Shown one piece after another: positions 39,827 to 53,319 of a stretch of DNA of 64,000 bases; within the stretch, counting starts at the first letter, position 1, and each line of letters opens with the position of its first letter. A model generated the notes under the pieces. It searched no databases. It saw only the letters and a list, made by a program, of their open reading frames with translations, and was not told the DNA's origin. This DNA is from Phoronis australis (Eukaryota; Animalia; Phoronida): assembly GCA_002633005.1 (NCBI GenBank), contig NMRA01000072.1, forward strand, positions 28,973 to 92,972. The letters run 5' to 3'. The position numbers were made by a program, and so were the translations under genes.

Positions 39827-40960
39827 TTTGCTAAGCAATTATGAGTAATTTTTCGAAAGTTATGCAACCACACCTGTTTTTAGGGCCTAAACTTTCCTTT
39901 AGGCCAAATGTAAGTTCTTTCTGTAAAATACTGTAACATGATTAAAACACCTAAAATGTCTTGTTGAAAAACTCCTGACATGTAGTATGATAGGTTGTCG
40001 AAAGTGGTTCTACGGCTGGAACTGCAACGATATTAGAGACCAAACTACTCCCAGGGCCACAGTTCGTCGCTTGTAAAGAATGACCATGTAATTGTCGGGT
40101 TTATTGACAGGAAATTCTCAGTGCAAACTCTTGCGGCTAGTCTCGGGATCGCAAGATCTTATAATACATAGGTCACGTGCGGGAGATGGCATTCCAGAAG
40201 GGCTAGAGTTCTATGGTTAGTAGACAAATATTGAGGTTTGTGAGTGCTAGTCTCGAATCCAAAATCTCCCACGATCAACACTTTTACTGATCAGTATCAT
40301 CTTAATTATTTGTATTTTTTAGACAAGGACCACACAAAATTACGCGAGTGAAATGCAATGGCTTTGTGAGTATGCTCGATAACTAACCAAGTTGACTTAA
40401 CCTAGCAAAATGACGGCTACATGTGTGGTCGGTGAGGCTAGAATGTTGGCATGGAATTCATAAAGCAAGGGAAATAATTCACTGCTTCCATTCCATAACT
40501 GAACAATTTTCGAGGCATGTGGAAGCTTATGTCTTGGGGCTACGGAACGCAGCCCAGCGGGGTCGTTTTCGTCAAATAGCGGATGTGATTTGTCCCTTCA
40601 GCTGATTGTTATAACATGATTGCCGATTGGTTCGTCTACAAGCGTCTCCCCCCTGCGAAATCGACGACTGTGTCACCAATCTATACAATTCCGATCAAAA
40701 TTGTCCCATGGTGGCGAGCGCGTCCGTCTAGGTCGTCGCAACGTGACGCTGGGGGATTTCCATAAGTACACACATTGAATTCAGATGCCAACTTCTACTG
40801 ATATGACTACCGGCATAGACTTTTAATAATTTATTCATTTCACTTATCATCGAAATCAATTATTATGATGATATAAGCTCAAATAAGTACTCACCAGGGT
40901 TTGAAATTCGATTAATTTGAAACACAAACATACGTCCTGAAAATGAATACGCAAAGATAG

Positions 40961-41061
40961 GTTAAGTGTGACTGAAGTTTGATCGATGGAATGTTTCGCA
41001 AACAAAATGAGGTTAAGTGAGACTGCAATTTTGTTCGATGAGATGTTTCGCAAACAAAATG
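40961..41061. repeat. Two-copy ~50-bp tandem repeat
   Basis: GTTAAGTG(T/A)GACTG...ATGTTTCGCAAACAAAATG twice. Confidence 0.8.
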
Positions 41062-42790
41062 GAGTAGTCCCGAGAACTATGAAAATTCTTGTAACCAGTG
41101 TTATCGCTCGTTTTTTGAATTTCCACAAGTGATCCTGAAGTTTATTACTTTGTTCGTTTTATTGATTTGAACACGGACTAGCGTCGCTAAAAGAGTAATA
41201 CAATGAAATGCTGATGGAAACAAAGTACTTACCTATATATGTATATATGTGTGTATGTGTGTATCGATGCTTCAGAAAGTATTACATAATTGACACATTA
41301 ACTACGAGACGACAGAATGGTTTAAGACCGACATATGTCCCCAGTAAAAATACGTGCGTCGCAAGCTCGTTGAGAGGAAAAGGTGTCCCAGGTCAGCAGA
41401 ATAAGGTCATTTATTACGGCGAAATATAAGGAAAGAGAAAGCCGAAGGCCAAGACGCACTTTCTGTGCAATATGGTTTTGAGATATTTTTTTTAGTTTGC
41501 AGAGTGAAAATAATGTTTGGCCTGTTTATAAATCTTTCATAGAAAATACGAGTGCTAGATTTTTTTTCTACTTTGGCTTTCCATAGATAACATTGATCAA
41601 TAAGGAGGCTAGGAATAGGCATCGTATAGTTTTGCACAAAGGAATTGATGGACTGGTCCGAAATGAGGAAATAGAGGGAAAAAAAGACGAGTCCATATGG
41701 TCACACAATTACATTTAGCGAGTTTTAACTCGTTGGTATTAAAATACCATCAACATCTCGACTGTAGAGATGGTTTAATTAAATGCTTTGAGACACAGTC
41801 GGTAACATGCATCTTTTATCAGCGATAATTTGGGCGAGTATCACATTCTACGCAAAAGGTATGAAGTTTTGAATTCAGATAATTTAAATGATGTAACAAA
41901 TAATTTCACCTTCTGCCAAATCATCATGTCGCATTCAGCATCGACAATGCATGCCTGATATGATTTAATACTTAATTAAATATTCTTTTTAAAAAGCGTG
42001 GCGAAACTAGCAATTGGTTGCTGTCTATGCCCGACTCATTTTGAAAACTGAACCACACAGATGAAGTAAGGTGGGGCAGGATAAAAAAGGAAAAAGAGTC
42101 CCGACCTATTTCAGTTGGCATCAGGTGAAATTTTCTTTTTGAAAAGTTTGGCAACAAGGAAAATACCGCATCAACATATCAATCAGAACTGAGAACCAGT
42201 TATTAAGGCTCCTGGTCTTACATGTATGTATCCGGGATTATTTACGTTAGAGGAATAAAATAACCTGTTCCCACCTTTCGGCAATCGTCACTGAAATGCG
42301 TTTAATACATTCAATCTTGTAATAATCAGATTTCGTTTTTAGTTCAATGATTTATTAACCAATCATTTTACAAATTTTAAGATTTGACAATATTTCTCAG
42401 AAATATATCCGAGCGACGCAGGCATTCCCGAATCAATTTACTACACAGGAGGCGGCAACTGACCGTTTTGAGCTTTTACTACGCTATCAATGTCTTTTAA
42501 ACGAAAATTGCGTTTAGAAAAGACGAACTCGTACAATGAAGGATGATAATGTTTTAAAGAGGAAATTGCAAGGTCCAAACCAATCTGAACAACAATATGG
42601 TCTAAATTCTAGTTTATAATTATCATTGCTATATGCTTAACTTTAACTGAATTGTAGGCCGCTATACAAAGTTAATTACATATTTAGTGCCCTGGTGTTG
42701 TAACGCCATCGTTGTAACGGAGAATAGAAACGGCGCCATTTTCGTTCGTTACACATCTGTGACGTGGTGTTGGGGAACACAAAGGAAGCA

Positions 42791-44743
42791 ATGTGTGTCC
42801 AAGTGAGTACAGCAGCGTAGATGAGGAATACTTTGAACGAAACAGGGACGGACAGGTGGACTTTTCAGATGATTCCGACCTTTCGGACGTGGAGGTGGAG
42901 GCGACAGATCCCAGAGGAACTATATGTGTTCACAGCTTTTCTGTAGTGGAGCCGTTCTCCCTCGATCCCTTTCACGGCCCTTTCTCTGGTCGCCGAAGAC
43001 TCACTCCCAGCGGGTTCGTCCTGTGAACGTCAACAGGCTGAAGGTGCGCAGGAGTTGCGATTAGATGTTAGTGATTGGTAAGAATATTATCAATATGTAT
43101 CCTACAACCGCGAATTATAACTTGGTCTTTTTTAATTCAAAAGTAGGTGCTTTACCAGTCAGTCCCAGGCGCCCATATCCCCATTGGTGAATCGTGTTTC
43201 AGCCGTGGATAAATACCAGTTTCAGTGATAAAACTGGGATTTTTTTGCATTATAGCAAATCACTCAAAAAGTGTTAGGTCTCTGATTATTTGTAGACAGT
43301 GTGGCTCAGTGGTTTGAGCTCGTGAGACTCAGGTTCGAATCCTGGGTTTCACTGGCATGCAATTGAGCATTGAACAAAATTGTCTCTTACTTCTCCGAGA
43401 CTGAGCGGGGTGTTACTAGTGAGTGAATAAATGTATGCAAGGGAATGAATGAGAACCACTTTGGAATAATCGACTGTGAATTGTAAAGAAGAGGATGAAA
43501 GAATTGCAATTTTATAATTTAGACTTTCTCACCTTGGTGCTGGGGGAGGGCATAATTCTATAGGTTATAGAACAAGTCATTTCATTTTCGTACTCAAGTC
43601 AACTCGGACCTATATCAATCTACACATGTGTTCCAAAACAGTTTTATTTTGTAAGGCGATGCTTGAAATGGAAACAACCATTTCATGTCGATGTACATTG
43701 ACCCAATGTTGCCATTATTTATAAATGAAATATGGTACATGGCTTGGTTACGAGTCGACTTGGGTAGGAACCGCCTGGTAAAGTTTCTATAGAGTAAAGA
43801 GAGCATACCATTGGATTGGTGATTGCCCATATAGCATATCAAGAAGTTTTAATGTATACTGTAATATTTAAAATATGGGCGACCCTTTGAGTGGCAACAC
43901 TGCTTTTCAAGTTGGTTTGCCCCATTGTCATTGTCTAGTTTGATTAATGGTATGTGGGTGCCGATAGGATTCAGATTGGGAGAACAGGTCTCACGACTAC
44001 ATACAAAACAGTCCCCTCCATCAATGAATCAGGGCAACTACCTTTTGTCTTAGGGTCAGCTAAAAAATCAAACAACTAATGTCCATTACTATATCCCCCG
44101 GGCATGATCTACCACTGCCTTGGGTGTAGCACTATTCATTTGTATGAAAAGTAAATATCTTTACTATATATGATCAATTTGTACAAAAAATAAATAGGTT
44201 GTGATGTTCCAACCAATTTTCCTGAAAACTGAAGTCGTATGCAGACCCCTCAATTTGGTAGAGGCACTCTTGGTAAATTTTTCAATTCGAAATTTTGATG
44301 TTTACTGAAATAATGTATTATTGTTGACACATCTTGCAGGTGCACCTGGGGCAACTGTCAGACAACCTCAGTTGTTGAAGAAAGAGTATGTTGCCAAGAG
44401 GTTGACAAGGTTGTTGCAAAACTTGATGAAGAAATGAAGCGTGACAACTAACACAGAAGAAAAAATGTATTGTGGAGCATGGGGGTTTAAACCTGTATAC
44501 ATCAATCGTGGTGTTTTGGAGACTGCATGGTTGCAGTACAAAAGCCAATATCCTGATGGCTATGACAGACCCTTGGATAAAAGGATTTGACACGTGGCCT
44601 ACAGACAGTTCCAAAGATGGGTACACGGTCACTTAGGACGAACAGTCCGTGTTGTCATTCCAGCATGCGCAGTAGCCTGCATCAGAGCTTTCTACCCTCC
44701 GCCAGGAAATAGGGAAGACTTTGAGTTCCAAGGATTTTCTTAA
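42791..44743 (+). pseudogene. KolX / P2X7-intracellular-domain-like cysteine-rich protein, 2 exons (42791-43077, 44340-44743)
   Basis: Acidic N-terminus; the splice joins RLDVSD-W-CTWGNC; then ERVCCQE, CIVEHGGFKPV, HVAYRQFQRWVHGHLGRTVRVVIPACAVACIRAFYP, FQGF-stop. Internal stops and frameshifts. Confidence 0.85.
43296..43490 (+). mobile_element. tRNA-derived SINE in the KolX intron
   Basis: A box TGGCTCAGTGG 43302-43312, B box GGTTCGAATCC 43332-43342; 3' limit approximate. Confidence 0.6.
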
Positions 44744-45829
44744 AAGTTTCACCCATTTATAGATATCAACAGTTGTCTTAGCCCTGGAATGCCAACTCCT
44801 CCACATGACCTATGTATTCTGTTATAAAAACTTGTGACTCGGGGACTAGTTTTATGTAATTCAAACGAGTTGCAAAAAGTTGTAGTGACAAATTCCATAG
44901 AAAGATCAAACATCGTAATAAACGAATGCAATCCCAGTGCAACCTCAGCGGCATGAAATTGAAGTAGGCATTCCATGAATAGACTTCTGTGGTTTCAGAA
45001 TGGTAAATAATTAACACAGCGAGCAGCATTTATTGATGCTCATCAATCTGGTTACTTATGATGACAAGTGTAATTTAACTAGGGCTACATTATAAACCTC
45101 TAAACTCAACATCAGTTGAACTTATGGTTTACCTAGGTAAACAGAGGAATTTGTCTCATTGGAGCCCAGTTTGTGTGCTTGAAGCGAACACATTGAACAG
45201 TATGGCTGTTACATAAAAAATTAAAAGTTTTGAATCTGGGCCATAGTCTGAAGTCGAGACTGAATCTTCTGCCCTCTTCTTATAAAGTAGAACTCTCTAA
45301 ATTGGTAGCGCTTCAGTGGGAACTTTAGAAAGGTTAGCATTAACTCCGCAGTAACGCCTCCAAATAACTCTAACTTTGATGAAATATCTCAGTCTCACTG
45401 GATACAACTTAGTTCTACTGTAATTCAATGAGAAATCGAATAACACGACACAGCAACCACTGAATCTCAACCCAGAAGCTCCAGTATGCAATAGCTTTAG
45501 ATGTCTATGACATGGTGTGAAAACACAAAAAGTATGCACATGAGTAGGAATTGGGAAATCTGGAGGGAGTGCTTATACCACTCACTCAAAAATTCCCAAG
45601 ACAATGGTCGAATTCTTTGCAAGTGATTATTCTGCGCACAATTTAGATGAGATTGTCGCACGAAAAGACTTACGACCCAAACAAGTACCTTTTCACACCC
45701 ACTTAAGAAAGTCTTCCTTTACCGACCCACTGTATGGGACAGCAGCAGTTTAGTGCAAATCAAATATACTTTAAAAAACTATGCCGCAATATTTATAGTC
45801 ATTGTATTGAAGAACCATTGAAATGTTTC

Positions 45830-45978
45830 CATGTGCGGATCCAGGATTTTGAGTTAGGGGGGCCAGGGCACGGTATTAGCCAGGATTTTGCCCGTCAGAC
45901 ATTCGCACCCCCAAACAGTCAAACGGAATCTGGGAGAATTTTAGGGGGAGGCATGGCCCCCCTCTAAATCTGCCACTA
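45830..45978. mobile_element. Small GCGGATCCAG-type MITE nested in the Kolobok element
   Basis: CATGTGCGGATCCAG ... CTAAATCTGCCACTA, flanked by a GTTTC direct repeat. Confidence 0.6.
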
Positions 45979-46180
45979 GTTTCAATATAAGAACATAGTA
46001 TATCACTGGGTTTATCTATACAAATGGGACAGCCAAATACCACACACAAAAACTTTTCACAATTTCCACTACTGGTACTATAAGCACTCTGGCATTGCTA
46101 TCTGTACCACTATCAAAAATTTGATCTAAAACATTGGTAGTGACTGTTAAATATGTGAAGGAAAGAAATTCCAGTGCTGT

Positions 46181-47045
46181 TCATTGACAAAGCACCAAGT
46201 CTGAATTTATCTGTGCCACGGCATCCGCCTTGGACACATCTGGAGCACGAGCAGTCGGCATTGGAGGGGCATCAATTTCTAAGCGAATTTCAAGACCTCC
46301 ATCTTCTCTTTTGTTCCGCACTAAGTGGAAGGTGTTCTCCTTTCATTTACATACTCTGAAAAGCACAACAGCGGCAATTCAAAAGTAAAAAAAAAACATC
46401 TTGAATCCGGAGTTGTCCATGATTAAAGTAAAACACGATGATATCTAATTGCAAGTTTTCGCCTTCTTTATAACCTTCAAGCAAATGCCAAACCTAGATG
46501 TTAATCCTGTTTTTTTGAAACAGACTACTTTAATAATCAAAACCTTGGAATTGAGTAACCATACTGTTTTACTTTATTCATAGTCTGCATTCTTTTCAAA
46601 ATACATGCATCTTTTGAGATCAGCTTTATTTGTTGTGGCTTTTAGTTTTACTGATCCACTTATAACTAAATCTTTCACGGAAAAACAACAGATTTTAAAC
46701 ACTTGAGAACTACGGTGATTGTGAAAAAAGATTGTTATTGTTCAGGCACTGCGAAAGCGTCATGAATTATTAGACATCAAAATTCTCAAGGTAACTTACC
46801 TTTTTATAAGACCAGCTTCAACCTTCATGATGTGTTTGTCGTCAAAGCAGCCGTCCTCAAAATGGTCGGAGCATATTTCGGCTCCGACAGATGGCTGACT
46901 CGACAGTCATTTTCAAAAGACGAGCAGAGCACACGAAAACCTGCCATTACGCAGCCAGATGCTTGTCTTTTTAGAATTTAAATGGGCTCATGCCTTCCAC
47001 CTGGGTGGTGTTAAAATAGTTAGCACACACACACCGATGCACCAT
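46181..47045 (-). pseudogene. Kolobok transposase remnant: THAP exon (46800-47045) plus C-terminal piece; DDE core missing
   Basis: MVHRCVCANY..N....SPFKF*KD.....W..FV....ICSDHFEDGCF fits the THAP C2CH pattern and ends in AG|GTAAG; last exon 46355-46181 has a Pro-rich tail (APDVSKADAVAQ). Confidence 0.8.
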
Positions 47046-49241
47046 GGCTAAAACACGCCAAGGTTGAACGGTCTTTGTTCTTCGTGTACTGTGATATAAT
47101 AGCAGTGAACTGCATTGTGGGATATGATCTGGTTTGTGTTCCCCAACACCATGTCACGGTGTCAAAGGTCAACTTTTCGCGCATTTTCTTATTTTCGCTT
47201 TTTTTAAATAACTAAAGATACAATAATACGATGATTTGAATAAAATACATCCAAATAGCAATTATCTTGAAGATATTATTGCAATTTAACATACTTGGAC
47301 CTTGCAAATTACACTTTAATCCAAGGTGTCTAATATGCTGGCACGTACATCAGCGCTCACATCTGTAGTAGGACCAATTTTAGATCATCATTTTCTAGAA
47401 CATAGGTCCGTTTCAGTGAGACAAGAAAGATTGTTAGCATCTATATCTCAGTGTGTGAATTGAATGTTGATGGTACTTCGGGAAACGCGTTTACGTACAT
47501 AACACGATGATAGATGTTTGGTATTGAGACTCGTGTTTATAAGGTATCGTACAGTGGACGTGCTATGGCAAAAGCATGCCAATAGCAGAAAAGCTGTGAT
47601 AGCTTGTCACACCGCGATCATGACTAGTTATGAGCAGACGATTAAAGGCGCTGCGTCTTAGGGAACTGTGGCAATTCTGAAAACGCGCTCTATTACATGA
47701 CTGGTTACAAAGTTGTTGAATACAACGGAATGATACACATGCTTACTTTCTAAGTTGATATAACATAAGAAGTTAATGAATACGTAACACTATAGTAGTA
47801 GTAGTAATACACTTTATTCACGTTAAGAGAAAAAATACACTTGATACAGATTTACGCTTATGGAGAATCCGTGAAGGACCCGAAAGGTCCGCTGACCACG
47901 GAGCCATCAGAGAATAAAAAAAATAATACAGTGTTACAGATAATCAGAATTACAAAAATTAAGTGATTATATTACTAATATAAAACTACTTGTGAAAAGA
48001 CTAGGAGAGATTATCGAAGATAGTTACACACAAAGCAGTAGGGAATAGTGCACTCAAATTCATTACTTTCAAAACAAACATTTTTAAAAGAGTTTATAAC
48101 AGACGATAACGAATGGGTAAACAGCTTTTGGGAGACACTTTCAGGAAGGTTATTAATTATATGAGGTAGGGCATTGCGAACTGAATCTTCAGCAAGTGAT
48201 TTAGTACGACGGGGAGTTTGTAGAAGATGTCGTTGTCTAGTGTTATATTCATGAACAGACCCACGGGTAATTAAATTGAACGTGTTGAAAAATGAAGGTA
48301 AGTAATTATGAACATATGTTTAGAAAAAATTAATAATAGCAACAACATACAAGTCCTTAATTTTGAGAATTTGTGTAGTCTGAAATAAAGGATCTGTATG
48401 GGCATTAAAATAACTAGAGGTAATATTGCGAATAACCTGTTTCTGTAATTTGAATATTCTATTATGTTCACAGCCCCATAGCAGAATGCCATAATTAAAA
48501 TGAGGAAGGACAAGACCATTATATACAGTTTTCAAAGTTTCAAAAGGCAAGAAATGTTTTAGGTTATTAAGAACACCACAGACTCTGCTTATCTTTCTCA
48601 ACAAATTGTTTATGTGTGGACTCCATAAGTTTTCGTTGATGGGAACACCAAGTAAATTGAAAGAACGAACTCTTTCAATTTCCAAGTAATTAAACTTTAA
48701 ACAAATCATCAATACATTTCGGGGGTTTATGAAAAACCATAAATTTTGTTTTAGTTGCATTTAAAACCAGTCCATTTACATTTAACCAAGACTGAATTTT
48801 CTCCAGCTCCGCACAAAACATATGTGACTCATTTACAGACAACGTCCTATGATTACCATTAATAATAGTAGTATCATCAGCATAAAGTATGCAGTCAAAG
48901 AAACTTGTGACTTCACAAAATCATTCTGTGTTAGATTTTGTGTTGTTAATTTGAACATACTGAGCCCGATTAGAGAAGTAGTTTCTCAAGAAACTTAAAG
49001 ACAAGGGGTTGCAACCATAATATAGAAGTTTGTCGAGTAAAATTGAATGACTTAAAGAGTCAAAAGCTTTGGGAAAATCAATAAGAATGGCCAGTGGCAA
49101 TTTATTATTTTCTATAGCCCTGACAATTCTATCCATAATTTCAACTAAAGCCAGTTCTGTCGAGTGCACCCCGCGAAAACCATACTGGGCAGGATGTATA
49201 GTAGTGTCCCACAAATGGGACGCTGGGCATAAATGGGATAA

Positions 49242-50926
49242 CCCATTTATGCCCAGCGTCCCATTTGTGGCACACTACAAAAACGCTGTCCTAAATAACG
49301 AAAATTCAATTCTATCTGAATTTACTCTGGTTTAGTGTTTGCTTGGGAATGTACGCAGAAGGTCATTTGCAACAATTAGAATTATTTCCACTTTTACTCA
49401 CGTAATTGTGCTATTTTGACGCCACGCCTGCATGGTTTAGAGGTTTTCAACATGTCTCAAAGAAGGTAAGCAAAAGTTTTATTCATATGAAATTTTCAGT
49501 TTATTGCAATTCACTTAGCAGAATAATGTGTCTAGAGTTCATAGAAAGCTTTAATTATTTGTTTTCACAAATTTTGTAAAAACTAAATGCCCTTTGAAAA
49601 CGTCCAACAAAACGGACGCTGGGCACAAATGGTTGATCATGGTAATATCATTATTCTCATTTTATTTGGCAGGAATCTTACTGTAAATGATGCTGTTGCA
49701 ATGCTGGAAGATGATGGAGCATTTCAACGGGCTGACATTTTTATGAGCTCACCTTCAGATGGTGGTATAACAGATGAGGACAGTGGAGATGTAGGCAATG
49801 ACCATCGCATCTGTTGGCCCGAACCAGAGGCGATGCAGCTCGTATAGGCGCTCTGTACGCCGGAAGCTTTTCGGCGAATTATGCCTCGCACCGACTAAAC
49901 CATCACAGTCACGTTGTTATAAATACCTTTTGCGCATAGAGGAACACCTCAGGAGGTTGTCGATGTGTTTAATTCCTTCCAACTCGACCAAATACTCCCG
50001 TTGACACCTCTTGGTATATATGACTACTCAAACGATGCCGCGAACAATCTATGTGTTGTTAGGTGGAATGACAACAGCATTTTCAATATAGTGTCAAATC
50101 TTCACGGAGTTGACCCCTTACAAAGAGCAAAGAGATGGTCTCGCACAGAGAGCCAGCACATACGGATTGACCAACCCTTTGTGATTAAGTCACTACAATC
50201 AAACCATGGGTGGCGTCGAAAGAATGGATCAAAACATAGATAAGTACTGGGTCTCGATACGATCAAAGAAATGGTGGTGGCCGATTTTCGCCTATTGTCT
50301 AGATCTTTGTGTACAGCAAGCATGGCACCTCTACAGAGCAACCGAAAGTGGAAAGGAGCAGCACAAAGATCTGCTGGAGGTTCGGAGTGAAATTGCTAAT
50401 GTGTTGCTTATGAAGGGGAAACGAGTCACTCAGTATGTTCTTAAATCCGTGCCTTGCTCAAAGAAAGTATTGCCTGATGTCAGATTTGACAGACTGGACC
50501 ACTTCATTAACGCAGAGGCGATGTGCAGTTTGTAAAATGAAGACAAAGCGTTTTTGCCTGTGAAATGCGATGTTAGTCTTCACGACAAATGCTTTATGGC
50601 ATTTCATGTTGCACAATAAAGATACTTGATACAACAATCTCATCAATTTTTGTCTTTTGTTTTACTTTCTACAATATCTTAGCATCCAAAAACAATCAAT
50701 ATCATACCACATCTTTCATTTTTACTGGTTTTAGTAGGCATTTCTGTTGGTGGTTTATAGACCCCACATGTGCCCAGCGTCCCTTTTGTGGGACGAAAAT
50801 AAAAACGTCAAAAAACGTAAAATAAAAACTTCTTTCCATTTTTCCTTATTCATTATGTTCATTGTATGTCTAAAAGCACATAATATCTGAATAACCACTG
50901 AAAACGCGTAGTTGGGCATAAATGGG
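49242..50926 (+). mobile_element. piggyBac transposon (PGBD2/3-like), internally deleted
   Basis: 14-bp TIR CCCATTTATGCCCA / TGGGCATAAATGGG; ATAA on both flanks (49238-49241, 50927-50930); internal copies of the end motif at ~49600-49632 and ~50763-50795. Confidence 0.92.
49452..50619 (+). pseudogene. piggyBac transposase pseudogene with a 5' intron (49466-49672)
   Basis: ATGTCTCAAAGAAG|gtaag...cag|G splices in frame to MSQRRNLTVNDAVAMLEDD..PSDGGITDEDSGD; later VVRWNDNS, MGGVERMDQNI, KKWWWPIF and a cysteine-rich tail (RRCAVC..C..C..LH..CF..FH). The central catalytic region is absent. Confidence 0.88.
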
Positions 50927-53162
50927 ATAAATAAGTTTTTCAAAAATCTTTGAAAAGCAAGGAAGAAAAGAGATAGGTCTGTAATTATCTAAAAACAACG
51001 GGTCCCCTTTCTTTAATACAGGAATAACCTTGGCAATTTTCTTGTTGTCTGGAAAAATTTGGTTGGAAATGGACCGGCTAAACACAACACACAATTGTTC
51101 AATCAATAGATTACTTAGACATTTTATTATTTTCATAGATATGCCATCATGACCACAAGTCGGTTTAGCTGGAAAAGAATTAACCACTTTTCTAATATCA
51201 ATTGGATAAACTGGTTCAAAGTCAAATCTGCATGCAGCAGCAGAGTCAAGATCTAAAAAAAGACATATATGACATATTTGAAGAATAAGTAGGCAGGGAG
51301 TGTGAGGCAATATTACTAAAGTAATTATTGAAATGATTAACAATCTCACCCTCGTCACAAACCATTTCATCATTTATCTTCAATGTAGTAGGATTATTTG
51401 ATAAGACATTTCTATCCAAGTGTCTTTGGGAGAACCAACATGGACCCGAAACTGTTTGTGATAGTAAATTCTCTTAGCACTTTTCACAACTTTTTAAAAA
51501 ATAATGTTATAGGTTTTTAGGTTTGTTTTTAATGATACAAAATTATTAGCACCTTGAGGGGTTGACTTGAGTCGCTTATAAAGCTTGTCTCTAAATCTAA
51601 GAGAGTTTAAAATACCTTGAGATACCCAAACATTCTTTTTATCCTTATATTTATTGAATCTTACTTTTCGTACTGTATTGAACTTATTTAAACAAGCAAG
51701 AACAGAGTCCTGAAATGAATTATATTGGGATCACCATTAAATTTGTATCCATTTGAGAAAGTACATTGTATGACGAAAATTCATCATGCACCTTTTTCAA
51801 ACAATCGTCATTCATGACATTTCTGTAATCAAATTTGGGGGCTCTCACCTTTTTTAATGTTCTCTTTAAGCAAAAGAAAATAGGTAAATAGATAGATGAT
51901 CAGAGATATTAGAAAAATAGATTCCGGAAACTGAATCAATGTTAGAACAACTATTAAATTTGTAGAAAATGTTGTAAATAAGTGAAGCAGAAGCTCAGAG
52001 AAACGAGTGGTAAAAGTAATCGTTGGAGAAAAAACATTTAATGACGCAGTGTTGTAAAATTTTCCAAACTAGGGCCTCTCATTAACTTTTAGGAGATTGA
52101 TATTAAAATCACCTGCGAACATGACATGAGAGTTCGTTTGCCCAAGTTTATTGATCAATGGATTAAAATCATCTAGAAATGTCCATATGTTTAAATTGTC
52201 ATTTTCTTTGGGGGGTTTAAATATATTGCCAACAATAACATTTTTCTTATGAATGATCCCAGCTAATGTCACAAATAGTGACTCAAAGACTGCAGAATCA
52301 CTTTTAATTTTAGAGGCTTTATACTCCAATGAGTTGTGGATGTAAATAATAAGGCCATCATAATATTTCTCACCCTGGGAAACACAAGAGTAATTATCAA
52401 TTTGAAGAAAATAATCTACAGTTTCTCGCTGTAACAGTCGCGTTACTTTGCCGTTTTTTGATCGTGACCTACTAGACCTGGTCCGCCGCAGCCGGCGGCA
52501 ACGTGAGCTTCACAATGGGCTCGCTGGTTCCCTGCGAGCCGCTAGGTGGTAGCCAGCACTGACTATGTACGTAGAGAACCAGCGGGCACAATGGGCCGCA
52601 TAGCAAGCGACACTCATCGAACGTCTGCGGTACTAAAATTTGTCAATCTCAAATCCGAAATGGCGAGCTGAGATTTTACCCAACCTGCCAATTGCGAGTT
52701 GGACGTTTTCTTAACGTCTGACGCTGCATTAAAATACACAAAACAACCTATGTCTCGAAAAATTATCAGGTTATGGTGTATTTGGCTTATTTGCTTGCGA
52801 CAATGAAAGATACAATGTACTGTAACTCTAACTGTTGAATTCGTTTCAATGAAAAAAAAAATTCTTGATATTGGTAATAGATATTTGCTGCCTACGGCAA
52901 GGGAAGGGGTTTGTGTTTTTGTGTTTGTTTACGTGCATGTAAATATCTCTCGTTGGCGGATTTCAATGCTCACAACTTTCATCTTCTTCATGACTTCTAA
53001 TGCCTAGTCTAGAATATACTGGTCTAAATGTACATTAGTTCGTAGTTTGTATTCGAGGCTTTCTGGTCAAAGGGTAGAGGTAGAGCAGATTATGAAGTGT
53101 ATAGGCCCCTGTATGTTTACGTATTTATTGTAGTAACATAGATGCATGTAGAAAAACAACAC

Positions 53163-53319
53163 CTGAGGTCAGTTGCATAAAGTAAGAATTGTACTTCTGT
53201 TTTTTAAGTAAGGTTAACTTTCCACTTTAAAACGTATTTGGCCCCTGTTGCTGAAAACTTTACAAAGATTTTATTATTTCCCATCAAGTCTTAATCCTGT
53301 ATTATGCAACTTGGCCCAG
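53163..53319. mobile_element. Short Harbinger-like MITE
   Basis: CTGAGGTCAGTTGCATAA ... TTATGCAACTTGGCCCAG. Confidence 0.55.

Larger units (their letters stand above)
42558..47315. mobile_element. Kolobok DNA transposon, internally deleted, with two convergent pseudogenes
   Basis: TTAA TSD at 42554-42557 and 47316-47319; 21-bp TIR AGAGGAAATTGCAAGGTCCAA / TTGGACCTTGCAAATTACACT; subterminal inverted repeat GTGACGTGGTGTTGGGGAACACAAA at ~42759-42783 vs ~47133-47158. Confidence 0.9.
47793..52420 (-). mobile_element. CR1-group LINE ORF2 pseudogene (endonuclease + RT), interrupted by piggyBac
   Basis: EN motifs (IVGNIFKPP, AGDFNINLL, SDH); RT motifs (CGHDGIS, AKVIPVLKKGD..NYRPISFLPCFSKIFEK, QYGFR..STELAL, IDFPKAFDSLSH, YADDT); 3' stem-loop 47869-47901, AATAAA and a (TAC)n tail at ~47793-47817. 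Confidence 0.9.
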
